Under the pieces are notes generated by a model, which saw only the letters and a list, made by a program, of their open reading frames with translations, had not been told where the DNA came from and did not search any database. The position numbers and the translations under genes were made by a program. A stretch of 64,000 bases of DNA from Azolla caroliniana (lineage: Eukaryota; Plantae; Polypodiophyta), in NCBI GenBank assembly GCA_043228905.1, contig JBHGNT010000002.1, forward strand, positions 18,786,001-18,850,000. Reading direction: 5' to 3'. Positions 51,003-61,226 of this stretch are shown here, in pieces; the stretch's first letter is position 1, and each line of letters starts with the position of its first letter.

Positions 51003-53552
51003 TTACAATTGTGCATGTATCCTCTCTTCAACAAAACTTCTGATGGAGAACGCCGTACATATGACCCCAACAACACAAGATATGAGAATCAAACTGATAC
51101 AAAAAAATACTTCAAGGCGTGGTAGACACCCTCTCATGAGTCGAAGGTAGAGCAAGCAAGGAAATATGATGCATATGCTAATACTAAAGGTTGATCCAAT
51201 GAGTGCAAGAATGTAGCTAAAGAATGGGAATAACAAAGCAACTAAAAAGACAGAAAATGTAATGGTTGTGCGAGCCATAATGGATGTAGCGAGGAAGGAC
51301 CTACTTGACGGTGACAATGGGATCAGTCTATCCACTGCAGACGACACCGGTGAAAGCAATAGAGCAAACTTTGTGATTGGTACTATTAATATTAGCCATG
51401 ATGCCACCATTGAAGCTATATATTTAGATGGTAGGTTGAGGGTGACTTGAGAATTCACATCATCACCAAACATAAATGCCCCTAGTAAACCTAACCCACC
51501 ATAGCATATTGTTGCCATGCTAAAGCTAGTTGTGATGACCTGCAAATGCAACACATCATTCAAATCACAACAACATGAAGACAACATTCACAAGACGTAC
51601 ATAATGATACTATACAATGTGTTTATACATCCATTAAAAATCATGATATCAAGAAGTAAAATAATATATAAAAATTTGATAGTTGGGTGTGATAGTGTAG
51701 TGGCAAAGTTTAGGGGGGTTTGAAATCAAGGGTTCCATTTGTTATATTAACTATTATAAAGAGCATTTAAATTTTGATCTTAAAATTCCATTTGTTACAT
51801 TAACTATTATAAAGAGCATTTACATTTTGACTTTTAAGTTCAGTTGGCATTATCAACTATCAACCAACAGTTTTGTCCTAAGGAAATTTAAATTTGATTT
51901 CCATAAGGTTTGTGAATACCATGTGATCAATGTCCACAAGGTCCACTTGCGACGAAAGCAATGATGACAAATTACATGAAGTCTGCGGTTAGTTGGCGAA
52001 GGATCATTAAGATAACGAACCAATATCCGATGTATATCAAGAATATGGCGGTGACCCCATAGGCTAGCGTTTTTCATGCCTCCCTCATAAAGTTGGAACT
52101 TGGGGCCATGATTATGTTTCCAGGTTTTTGAAAAATAATGAGGGATTCCCAGTAGCTTATGATGGAAGCAAGGTTCATAAATAAATATCATTCAGATTTG
52201 GACTTGGAGATGTGTATATATGTACATAATTGATTGGTATATATCATTTCCTATTCAGCTGACATTAATAACTATTATGTAGTTTGTCACTATTCATTCA
52301 TATGTAACTGACTTTCAAAATAATGTTCGTGATGTTTCCCATTTTAACCCAAAAAAAGGGTGCTCTGGCAAACCAAAATGAATGTGGAAAAACAAAAACG
52401 TTGTCTTGTAAAACACAATGGTATGGGTTCAATAAATCACAATTTGAACAGCGATTGAATCGTCCATCCGATTGCTGCCACAAAGTTAATTAACACACTT
52501 TGAACATTAACCGACCATCGCTAGCTAATAAAAGCTTTGAATCGTGAGAGTGGAAAATAGTAACACCATTGCATTTGACACAATTAACTAACAAAACACA
52601 ATCCGATGCATGACCATGATTCAGTTTGATGCAATGCAATGAGAGATCGTATGGAAAAGAATCAGGAAAGCTATATATAACCTTGGTGAACTTGGTTCGA
52701 TCTTTCATGGAGAGGTAAATGCTGGGAAGGACGATGTGGCCACTGTAGCAAAACAAGAAGATGGAGGTGGAGACAGGAACCTGAGCAAGGTGAATGAAAT
52801 CGAGATTTGAGCTGGAGATTGCGATATCATGGCCCCCCACAATCGCAACCCAAATGACACACAGAATTACTGCCGCTATGGTAATGGTAGAGGTCATCGA
52901 TGTAAATGAGAGTGCTCGAAGATCCCGTAGCCATGTCATCGGAAGAACCACAAGCATTGCCAAGGATGTGAGAAACCAGCGACTGCTGAGAAGCACGCCG
53001 GTCTCTCCGATTTGGTACGATACAATCTGAACTAGATTGTCCGCTATAGACACTGCGTAGCTTACTAGGCACGAATAGATTTCGAGGTAGAAGAGAACGA
53101 AGAAAATGATCAATCCCTTCTTCCCGAATGCTTTTTCGGCAATGTCATCATAGGATCGGAGATCGGAGAACTTGTCTAGGCAGCGCTTGAGTAGGATTGC
53201 AGTGTAGAAGTAGACAAAAGGCACGGGGAGGAGGGACAGGAAGATTATGCACCAGCCAGCAGTTTGGACAGCATAAGGGGATGCCAGCATTCCAAGGCCT
53301 GCACAATATATATTATATAGTGTCAAGTCAATTAATTAACTTAGATTAATTTGAACATAACCATAAGCAGAGAGGGAGGAAGGTAATGTTGAATTGATGT
53401 ATACCCAGAAGGAGACTAAAGCAATTGAAGAGGGCATGCCAGAAGGACGACTGAGCAGAATGAGAGTTAGAAGGATCACAAGAAGGATCTGAAGAAGAAG
53501 GTGGAAGAGGAGGAGAAAAAGAAGAACGACGCGTTGGAGAAACAGTGTCCAT
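51003..53552 (-). CDS. AVT1: Amino acid transporter, AVT1-like (Aa_trans/APC superfamily), about 433 aa
   Basis: Exons 53552-53405, 53298-52682 and 51539-51003 (1302 nt, phase consistent). Motifs SSFWHALFNCFSLLLGLGMLASPYA, SYDDIAEKAFG, PMTWLRDL, FCYSGHIVLPSIY.SM and ITKFALLLSP, with multiple TM helices. Confidence 0.9.
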
Positions 53553-53619
53553 AACACAATACACAATAGAAGAGGAAGAAGAAGATATATATATATATAT
53601 AGATGTAAATGTTGTTGTG

Positions 53620-54017
53620 GTAAAGCTATTATATAGAGTAAGAAGAAAAGATAAAACACCACTATAATTACCTTAGGATAACAATATATAACAAGAAGTA
53701 AAGCTATTATATAGAGTAAGAAGATAAAAGATAAACCAACACCAGAATTATCGAGGTTCGGTCAATCAGCCTACGTCCTCGAAAACAACAAAACAATATA
53801 TAACAACAAGAAGTAAAGCTATTATATAGAGTAAGAAGAAAAAAGATAAACCAACACCAAAATTACCGAGGTTCGGTCAATCAGCCTACGTCCTCGAAAA
53901 CAACAAAACAATATATAACAAGAAGTAAAGCTATTATATAGAGTAAGAAGAAAAAAGATAAACCAACACCAAAATTACCGAGGTTCGGTCAATCAGCCTA
54001 CGTCCTCCAAAACAACA
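53620..54017. repeat. Tandem repeat of 112-115 bp (three full copies plus a partial) upstream of the AVT1-like start codon
   Basis: GAGGTTCGGTCAATCAGCCTACGTCCTC at 53753, 53868 and 53980; AAAGCTATTATATAGAGTAAGAAG occurs four times. Confidence 0.92.
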
Positions 54018-54144
54018 TGCTCTATAATTGTTAGGACGCGTAAGAGGAAGCAACACGTATTACTATAATTGGGAAGCGTATGAGGAAGAGAAGCGTATTA
54101 CCACATCCCCAAACTATGTGGGATAAAGAATGGGTCAAAAAGCT

Positions 54145-54511
54145 AACATTCCTTTATCAGGTAGAGCCGCCTACCCAATGTGAACATGTTGAAACTCCTT
54201 CCTATGGCACTCAATACTCACAAAAGATAAGATACAAATAAGATGTTTGGAATAACAAATGTTCCTTTTCTATCATCGTGCATGTTTTCAAAAGATCCCA
54301 ATTTATTCAAGTTGAATAAATTGGGGTCTTTTGAATTTATTCGAGTTGAATACATTGGGGTCTTTTGAAAACATGCACGATGATAGAAAAGGCACATTTG
54401 TTATTCCAAACATCTTATTTGTATCTTATCTTTTGTGAGTATTGAGTGCCATAGGAAGAAGTTTCAACATGTTCACATTAGGCAAGCAGCTCTACCCAAT
54501 AAAGGAATGTT
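54145..54511. repeat. Long inverted repeat (palindrome) with 166-bp arms centred on 54311
   Basis: The left arm 54145-54310 is the reverse complement of the right arm, with about 9 mismatches, once a 34-bp tandem duplication (54300-54333 / 54334-54367) is removed. Confidence 0.95.
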
Positions 54512-57500
54512 GTATCTTGATGCATGAAAACATATGGCTTGCATTCTAATATCGTAAATTTTTTTGTAGCAGAATCGCAATTTGAATGTAAACTTATCTA
54601 CGATTTTGTACATCACAGTGGCGAAAGGTTTATATTCCGAAACTTCTATAAAGTATATCATGTTTCTTCCCTAGGGCCTCTCTTCACTGTCTTTGTTGAC
54701 ATTGCCGATCACTTACCTATATTACTATTATTATTAGTGTGCATGAAAGGGCAAGGAACACCCTTTCTTTAGATACCCTTTTAGTTATTTTTAAAAAGGT
54801 TCTATGTAAACATTTTTTTGTGTGTGAAAAGAAAAAGAAAATCAAAACATAGAGATGACCATTTTTTTTGAGGAGAAGAAGAAAATGAGAAGAAGAGAGG
54901 GGCATGTGTGCAGAGCTGAGAACGACATTGTTTTGGATAGTTTGTCTTGTGGTTGTTTCCCTCATTGAGGGTTTTCCACCTTAAAATCGTGTGTCATCTA
55001 TCTTGTATCACCTTGTGTATTTTGTGTTTGTATTTGATCATTGCTCCTTAATGTTTGAGCTTAAACACGATGTTTGTTACACTCTCTCACTTCTGTTCCT
55101 ATCAAGTGGTATCAGAGCGAAGGTTGTGTTTCTTGCTTGATTATAACAGAGGCAAACAAATCAACAATGGTCGTTTTAAATGGCACAAACTATAAAAAAT
55201 AGAGGGGTAAAATGAGAAATTTTCTTTTGTAAAAATAATTGCATTTACGTGTGTTTGCATCAAATAAATGTGAAAAGAAAAGTGATGATGAGTGGTCTTT
55301 TGAGAACCAAAAGGTGTGTGGTTTCATTCGTCGATGGGTAGGATATAATGTCTTGAATCATATTGTGAATGAAACAAATGCAAAGACATTATGGAATAAA
55401 TTAGAAACGTTATATGCTTCTAGAATGGGTAACAATAATTTGTTTTTACTTAAACAAACAATGCATTTGACCTACAAAGACAATAACTCCATTTTTTATC
55501 ATTTGAATGAATTTCAAGGTTGTTTTGATCAGTTGTCTGACATGGGTATGAAATTTGAAGAAGTTCTTGGTTTATGGTTGCTAAATACTTCGCCCGAGTC
55601 ATGGGAAATTTTTGGGGTTTCTCTAATTAATGTAGCTCCTAAGGGAGGTGTAACAATGGAATATGTGAAGAGTGGAATTCTAAATGAAGAAATGTGACGG
55701 AGGATGCAAGGAACAACATCATACTTAGTGTCACGACCCAAGCTTCGAAGACAATGTCTATTTTGAAGAAAAGAAGATAATAACAAACAAGAAGATAATA
55801 ACAAACAAGAAGACAATAACAAGATAAGAAGACAAGAATTTGTATTACCAAAAACCAAGATGACAAGGTTGTTGAAGACCAGTGTTGAACTGGTATACTA
55901 AGCAGATCTTCCACTTATATATTGTACATAGGATTGTCCATGATCGCCATTTGGCATACATGATGTGTGCCACTGGGCATACATGCATGCATGCCATTTG
56001 GCGGTCATCTATATGTCTAGTACCCCATAATTCTTGAATAATAATAATATGAAAATATATTTATTCTTGATATTGACATTTTGTGACATCATCCCCTCAT
56101 TTGATGATGAGTTCCATGAGTCGTAATGCATGAACTAGGTTTTGGTTTATGGGGATAGCAAAGATGAAACTCTTGTATAAGTTTTGAGGCATTATTGACA
56201 TTCGCCGCGAGTTCCCATGTTCGATCCTCAGGCATGTATTCAAGCCAATCTACCAGATAATATAACTTATTGCGGATGATCTTGGAGTCCAAAATAACTT
56301 CTACTTCATATTATGGTCCTTCAGCAATTTGAACCGGAGGTGGTGGTGGAATAACCCGATTTGGGATAGAACTTGATGTCCATGGTTCTAACAATGAAAC
56401 ATGAAACACTGGATGAAGATGCATATGTGAAGGCAGGGCTAGACGAAATGCAACATCGTTGACTTGATCAGAGATTACAAATGGACCTAGCTATTGGAAA
56501 TCCAATCTATCACATGGTCTAGTAGTTTTCACATTATGACGTAATAACCATACCGAGTTGGTCGTCGATTTAGGACTTGAGCATTTTGAAAGTATATGAG
56601 CTTTTTATGATCGTTGTAAACAATAATTTGGTGGGGAGAACCTTCCAAGAAGTGACGCCATTGTTCAAAAGAATCAACAATTGACAACAACAACAATCAT
56701 GGATTTCATAATTGATTTCTGCAGGGTTAAACTTTCTCAAATGAAATGCAACTAGATGCAATTTCTCATCATGTGCTATTTGCGATAAAACACTTCCTAG
56801 TGCAAAATTAGATGCATTTACTTCTATGATAAACGACTTTTCGAGGTCAAAGTGGACCAAAATGGGAGCAGATGTAAATTCAAGCTATCAAATGCCTCAT
56901 TTGCGCTTGACGTCCATACAAATGGTCGTTTCTTTTGTGTTAGTTCTGTGAGGGGCAAAACAACTTGTGAGTAACTCCTGATGAATTTGCGGTAGAAATT
57001 TGCAAATCCCAAGAAACATTGGAGATCGCGAACTGAGATTGGTGTCTTCCAATCTAGAACCATTTGTACTTTCTTTGGATCCATAGAAATACCTTGCGGA
57101 GAGACCACATATCCTAGAAATTCCACTTGATTTTGGTGAAAGCAACACTTCTTTTGTTTGGCATAAAGACCAAATTCCTGTAATCGTTGTAGAACTTACC
57201 GAACATGGTTATCATGATCTTCTTGTGTCTAATTATGTTATGGTGACTGATTGTGGCGAACCGTCTTGCTTCAAGGAAACAATGGACAGACAGGACAACA
57301 AGAAATGGTATAAAGCCATGTTGTTAGATCTTATGGAATCTCTTGAGAAAAATGACACTTGGGATTTGGTGTAGTTGCCTAAAGGGCAGAAAACACTTCC
57401 ATGCAAATTGGTTTATAAAATGAAGGTAATGTCTGATTCCTCGCCAAAGTACAACGTAAGATTGGGTTCAAAAGGATACAAGCAGGAATATGGAGTTGAT

Positions 57501-58110
57501 TTTGATGAGATCTTCTCGCCTGTAGTCATGATGACTACATTAAGAATCATTTTGGGCTTAGTTGTAGTTGAAGATATGGAGCTCATACAGATGGATGTGA
57601 AGACCACCTTTTTACATGGCAATCTGCATGAAGACATATATATGCAGCAACCTAAAGGTTTTGTGTGCTAAGGCAAGGAGAAGATGGTTTGTAAGCTCAA
57701 AAGGAGTTTGTATGGGTTGAAACAAGCACCAAGAGAATGGTATCATAAATTTGATGCATTTATGTAGTCTCAAGGTTTTCGTAGAAGTCAAGTGGACCAC
57801 TGCTTGTACACCAAGAAGGCAGGAGATGGAACCTGATTATCTTGGTTTTGTATGTATGATATGTTGATTGTTGGCAAGGATGTTCATGCCTTGAATTCAT
57901 TGCAGCAAAGCCGTCATGGAAACTTTGATATGAACAATCTTGGTGATGCAAATCACATCCTTGGCATGCGAATACTCCGAAACCGGTTGAAAGGGGTACT
58001 CTTTCTATCTCAGCAGGAGTATAACTCTAAGGTTTTGCAGCGTTTCAATATGGAGGGGGGGAAAACAATTGGAGTTCCATTGCCTCAATATTTGAAACTT
58101 AGTGCAAAAG
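54510..58110 (+). mobile_element. Degenerate Ty1/copia element H (Tnt1/Tork-like): LTR ending 55104, PBS, gag to about 55880, RT 57230-58110; interrupted by gypsy I
   Basis: PBS TGGTATCAGAGC at 55107-55118. gag (LWNKLETLY, LWLLNT.PESWE) and RT ([31 protein letters not shown]). The LTR start is uncertain. Confidence 0.8.
55883..57230 (-). mobile_element. Chromoviral (Tcn1-like) gypsy fragment I: RT end, RH, deleted INT, chromodomain, PPT and 3' LTR (55883-56088)
   Basis: FLGFANFYRKFI, INYEIHD and HPVFHVSLLEP. Chromodomain YEVEVILDSK...YYLVDW...DRTWE. PPT GAGGGGATGA precedes TGTCACAA. Confidence 0.85.
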
Positions 58111-60210
58111 ACAACATTTTGGCTTATCAAGAATCGAACCCACGACTTCTTGGTCTATGTGTTGAACCCTTAACCATTGTAATAACATATATGTTATATG
58201 ATTATAATAATTATATTTTTAGTTGTTACGAGATATTAGAATATTCTAGAACATTCTAGATTATTCTAGAACATCCTTTAATATTTCATGATTATATTTC
58301 TTATCATAAAAATCTAAAATATTCTAGAACATTCTAGAATACTCCATACGGATCTATACATAAGTGTCCATACATTCATTTCAGCTCATTCGCTTCAACA
58401 CCAGTCTTTAGCCCTTAGCCTACTCATTGTAATCTTGTTTCACCATAATATAATCTCATTTCTATTTCAAGTCTTATCTCTCTCACTCACTCACTCACTC
58501 TCTCTCTCTCTCTCTCTCTCACGCATACACACACACCCTCTCTCTTTCGCTATCGCTCTCGTTTTCACTCTATCTCCTACCCACGAGTCTCAATAGTTTG
58601 AACCAAATATTTTTGTTTCCTTTTCCAATAACCCTAGCAAGCTTTCTTCTTTTCCCTTCTTTCTTTTTCCCCCTCAATTATGGAATCCGTCAGCAAGCAA
58701 GAGTATATGCGTGTCCTTTCTGAGCTCGACATGCTCACAACTAAGTTTGTGGCATTATAGCAAGAAAATCGTAGGCTACTCGGGGATTTACAACAAGTGA
58801 GTACCGAGAAAACTCATCAATATGAGGAGTTATTACAACGGGTTCATCAACTTGAGGCTACTATATTAACATTACGAGAACAAGCGGCGCGGGTTCAAAA
58901 CTCCCGAAGGGAACCAAAGATTAGCGTCCTTGCCAAGTTTGATGGTACCCGATCTTTGTTTCGAGGTTTCCTGAATCAAGTCCGTTTGGTGATTCAGTTA
59001 CATCCCAATCGGTACCCAACTGATGTTGCTCGAGTGGGATTAATAGGAACCTTGCTAAGCGGTACAACATTAGCATGGTTTGCACCACTTCTAGAGAAGA
59101 AATCACCTTTGTTGGAGGATTTCGAGGCATTCGTTAAAGAGTTTCAAGCTAGTTTTGGAGACACCGATAGTAGTAGAACGGCAATAAACAAGATTCGAAG
59201 ACTCTAACAAGGAGATCGTCCCGCTTCAGCCTACACAGCAGATTTCCGTCTCTTGGCAAGTAACATCCCTTGGGATGAGGCAGCCTTAATGGATAAATTC
59301 CGTCAGGGTTTGCGTAACGATGTCAAAGATCTTCTTCTTACTTTCCACGAAGATCCAAAGTCTCTTATAGAGGCCATTAGTCAAGCTGTGCGATGTGATA
59401 ATCGCTTATTTGAGCAACGTTCTGAACGTCAACAAATGCTACGCCGCCAACCGCCACAGACATATGCTTCAATAGTTGCAACACCGACACAAGTTCCCAG
59501 ACCTGTTATGAGGGATGGTCCCACTTTGATGGAAATAGAGTCAACACAACGTCGATGGACTTTATCAGATGCTGAGAAACAACGTCAAGCGCATCGCCTA
59601 TGCCTCTGTTGTGGTGGTCCAGGACATATTGCTGTGAATTGTCCACATAAACCCAGATGTTAAGTTTACCAAGTAAGTGCACATGACAACCCTACCTTGA
59701 GTTCTACTATCACTTCTAATAACTTAATTACTAAGCCTAATAACCATGCCATGAGAATAGATTTGATGTCTTGAGCCAATTAGAGGATGTGTTAAACGAA
59801 TAAGTCCAACCAAAATAGGAGCCATTTGGTTGGATCATCCTAGATATGTAGAGTCAATACCTAGTTGTGGTTCCATTTCATCAAATCAAGTTAGTAGAGT
59901 TTTTTCTGCACAAGTCGAGCTTAGCACATCTACAGGTCATCGAGTCCTAGCCTCTGCCCTCCTAGATTTTGGAACCAATTCTTGTTTCATGGATCGTGAG
60001 TTTTCATGGACCCAAAACATCATCTTGAACAAGCTCCCAAACCTAGTAGCTGTAGGAGTCATCGATGGTTGCCCTATAGCATCGGGTGATATAGTCGAAG
60101 AGTTTGAACCAATTCGTGTAGTCCTAGGTAATTTGGCTAGTATCATCTCATTCAACATCATTAGTAGTCCAGAGCACTCTCTAGTTCTTGGTCTTCCTTG
60201 GTTTGAGTGA
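58111..60210 (+). mobile_element. Chromoviral (Tcn1-like) gypsy J, 5' part: LTR (about 58111-58595), gag and protease; interrupted by copia K
   Basis: gag (EPKISV..KFDG.R..FRGF, LSGT.LAWF), knuckle (CLCCGGPGHIAVNCP) and PR (ALLDFGTNSCFMD, LVLGLPWF). LTR boundaries are approximate. Confidence 0.82.
58121..58187 (-). promoter_or_regulatory. tRNA-type A-box/B-box cassette at the 5' end of the gypsy J LTR (antisense)
   Basis: Minus strand TATTACAATGG ... AAGTCGTGGGTTCGATTCT, with the box starts 44 nt apart. Confidence 0.5.
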
Positions 60211-60295
60211 TGTTAAGAATTTGGTAAGTAATTAAGGGTGGGTTAATTAGTACCTAATTATGTGATTAGTTGATAAGCGGAAGATTAAGTGATAT

Positions 60296-60342
<47 letters not shown>

Positions 60343-61226
60343 ACACTTATGAAGAACACAAGATGGGGGATGAGTAACTATATTAAATTAGCATTATCAT
60401 CATCAAATACAAAAATACCCACAATGAGGTATATATACATCTCATGTGCAAAGATGCACATGTGTGAGTAGAATATAGGTACTAATGTGTAAGTCCTATA
60501 TTAAATGTACTTAGGAGTGGAGGATCTAGAATATCCCACTTAAGTACAAGGTCCTATTTAAGGTATTATAGTCAACACTTCTAACTAGATTCTATCTAGG
60601 TAACTACGAAGTTACATGGTTGACTAACTAACTAAACTAAGTTGAGCTTGATCTCTCAACACGCCCGCTCAAGCTCAAGTGTGAGGCGTCTGACATCTGC
60701 TTTGGCTTTCGTCGGGTTCTTGTGCTTCCGTCCGGCCTTCGACTTTCTTCGCCGTGGCAATCTCGGTTCCTCCCCCTCAAGCCGATGACGAAGGCTTGTA
60801 GTGTGTGGGTGAAGGTCGACTACTTCCACCCATCGTGGGTTATGAGCCGCTTCGGTGGAGCTCTTGAGCTCTTGTTCAGCCACTACCTTCATCGCAAAGG
60901 CGTAATAATGGGCCATGTACTCGTTGTAGCCATGCCGAGTGACGGGGTTCTTAGCTCTAGATGAGCGTCGAAGTTTTTCGCTTGCCGATGTGAGCGCCTT
61001 CTTTACTCCGGGAGGGACATTGCTGATGTGACGAATGGGGTGCGTGGTGTCGTCTCCCATCTCTATGAAGCTGGGTCGATCCGACGTTCGTAAATCACGA
61101 AACCACTCTTCGTGAAATGACATGTGATGTGAGGCGCTGGAGTCAACGAACCACATGTCTTCCGAGTTGGAGGTGCTTGTGGAGTTGGAGGCCGACATAG
61201 AGTTCGCTCTATGCCTCATTACCAAT
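60211..61226 (-). mobile_element. Internally deleted copia K (B-related): 3' LTR 60211-60661, PPT and fused pol remnants; interrupted by copia L
   Basis: TGTTAAG...CTCAACA LTR with a PPT-like CGCCCGCTCAAG next to it. One ORF joins protease (WFVDSSASHHM), the INT-RT linker (LRRSSRAKNPV...YNEYMAH) and pol 3' sequence. Confidence 0.85.

Noticed and set aside
53620-54017. Repeated 28-bp motif with hairpin potential, superficially CRISPR-like
   Set aside because: The intervening sequences are near-identical rather than unique spacers, there are no cas genes, and the context is eukaryotic.
55883-60210. Gypsy I (3' half, minus) and gypsy J (5' half, plus) as one inverted element
   Set aside because: Their LTR sequences do not match beyond a few bases; treated as two insertions into copia H.
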